The position numbers and the translations under genes were made by a program. 62,118 nt of DNA from an uncultured Selenomonadales bacterium (GTDB taxonomy: Bacteria > Bacillota > Negativicutes > Selenomonadales > Selenomonadaceae): contig CAMNEX010000001.1 in NCBI GenBank assembly GCA_946536825.1, positions 1-62,118 of the forward strand. The letters run 5' to 3'. Position 1 is the first letter of the stretch; each line of letters starts with the position of its first letter. This document shows, piece after piece, positions 61,503 through 62,118 of the stretch. A model generated the notes under the pieces. It had not been told where the DNA came from. It made no database searches and worked only from the letters and a program-made list of their open reading frames with translations.

Positions 61503-62118
61503 ATGGCTCTTTTCGGATACGAATTATATACCAACGATGACCGGCGCGAAATTAAAAGTTGGATTAAAAGCAGCGATGACAAATTGCGTGGGGACATGAA
61601 AAATCTGGACGCTTTCGTAAACCAACAACTTAGTCAGTATGACGCGGAGTTTAAATCTCAACTGAATATTTTTCAATCTGAACTGAACAACGAAATTTCT
61701 TCTTTAAAACGAGATATTACTTCGCTCAGAATTTCTTTTGCGTCGGCAGTGGAAGTCGATGCGCTCAAAAAAGAGGTCGGCACTTTGAAATATGAAATTG
61801 ATTCTTTGAAACCGTCAATCGAAACCGACGTTCTCAAAAAAGATATGGTCGCGCTCAAGGCTGAACTTGCCGTTTTGAAAAATATTCCAAAATCTTCGAC
61901 AAGCTCCGACGCGCTTAAACAAGAACTCGTCGCACTTAAAGGCGAACTCGCCGCGTTAAAACAATCTCCCGCGCAGTCCGCCGAAATTGCCGCGATTAAA
62001 TCCGAACTCGCCGCGCTTAAACAATCTCCCGCGCAGTCCGCTGAAATTGCCGCGATTAAATCCGAACTCGCCGCGTTAAAACAATCTCCCGCGCAGTCCG
62101 CTGAAATTGCCGCGATTA
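61503..62118 (+). CDS. Coiled-coil protein with 20-aa tandem repeats (3' end outside the window)
   Basis: ATG 61503, 3 nt after the previous stop and behind AAGGAGG. Not in the ORF track because no stop is reached. Sequence is heptad-like …LKRDITSLR…LKKEVGTLKYEIDSLK…, then (ELAALKQSPAQSAEIAAIKS)n. Confidence 0.7.
   Translation, partial: MALFGYELYTNDDRREIKSWIKSSDDKLRGDMKNLDAFVNQQLSQYDAEFKSQLNIFQSELNNEISSLKRDITSLRISFASAVEVDALKKEVGTLKYEIDSLKPSIETDVLKKDMVALKAELAVLKNIPKSSTSSDALKQELVALKGELAALKQSPAQSAEIAAIKSELAALKQSPAQSAEIAAIKSELAALKQSPAQSAEIAAI
61944..62118 (+). repeat. Near-perfect 60-bp in-frame tandem repeat, at least 2.9 copies, cut by the window edge
   Basis: Units start at 61944, 62004 and 62064. 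Only 2-3 synonymous differences between copies. Confidence 0.9.

Noticed and set aside
1-62118. The ubiquitous GAAAATTTT / AAAAATTTTT strings, considered as a possible dispersed repeat or motif.
   Set aside because: They occur inside coding regions in all frames (encoding E-N-F, K-I-F, K-N-F and their antisense) and in AT-rich spacers. They have no fixed flanks or spacing. This looks like a compositional and codon habit of the genome, not a discrete element.

Overview
This is a 62.1-kb chromosomal window from a moderate-GC, flagellated organism that looks Firmicutes-like (tRNA-Ser, dnaX-ybaB-recR, extended -10 promoters, GGAGG ribosome-binding sites). About three quarters is ordinary housekeeping: serC, flgE, pckA, sufCB, pncB, ftsZ, leuA, dnaX-ybaB-recR, murI, hisIE, a yhdT-like/panF pair, and an opp locus with a split layout. 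The main finding is an operon of at least 11 tightly packed genes at 48.7-62.1 kb, cut off by the window edge. It combines contractile-injection core parts with two Hsp70-like ATPases. The core parts are a PAAR-like DUF4280-type protein, a candidate fused TssB/TssC-like sheath, an Hcp-like tube and a VgrG-like spike. Each ATPase sits next to a protein with a GrpE-like C-terminus. No ClpV-type AAA+ ATPase, baseplate or membrane-complex gene is recognisable. Other points of interest are: a stand-alone 1233-aa Hsp70/actin-fold ATPase (9014-12715); a degenerate FtsZ paralog just downstream of ftsZ that lacks the GTP-binding signature; a 130-bp tandem triplication of the cupin gene 3' end; a structured-RNA candidate where SRP RNA would be expected; and perfect 60-bp in-frame tandem repeats at the window end. 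All family calls rest on motifs read by eye and recalled family patterns. No database search was run.
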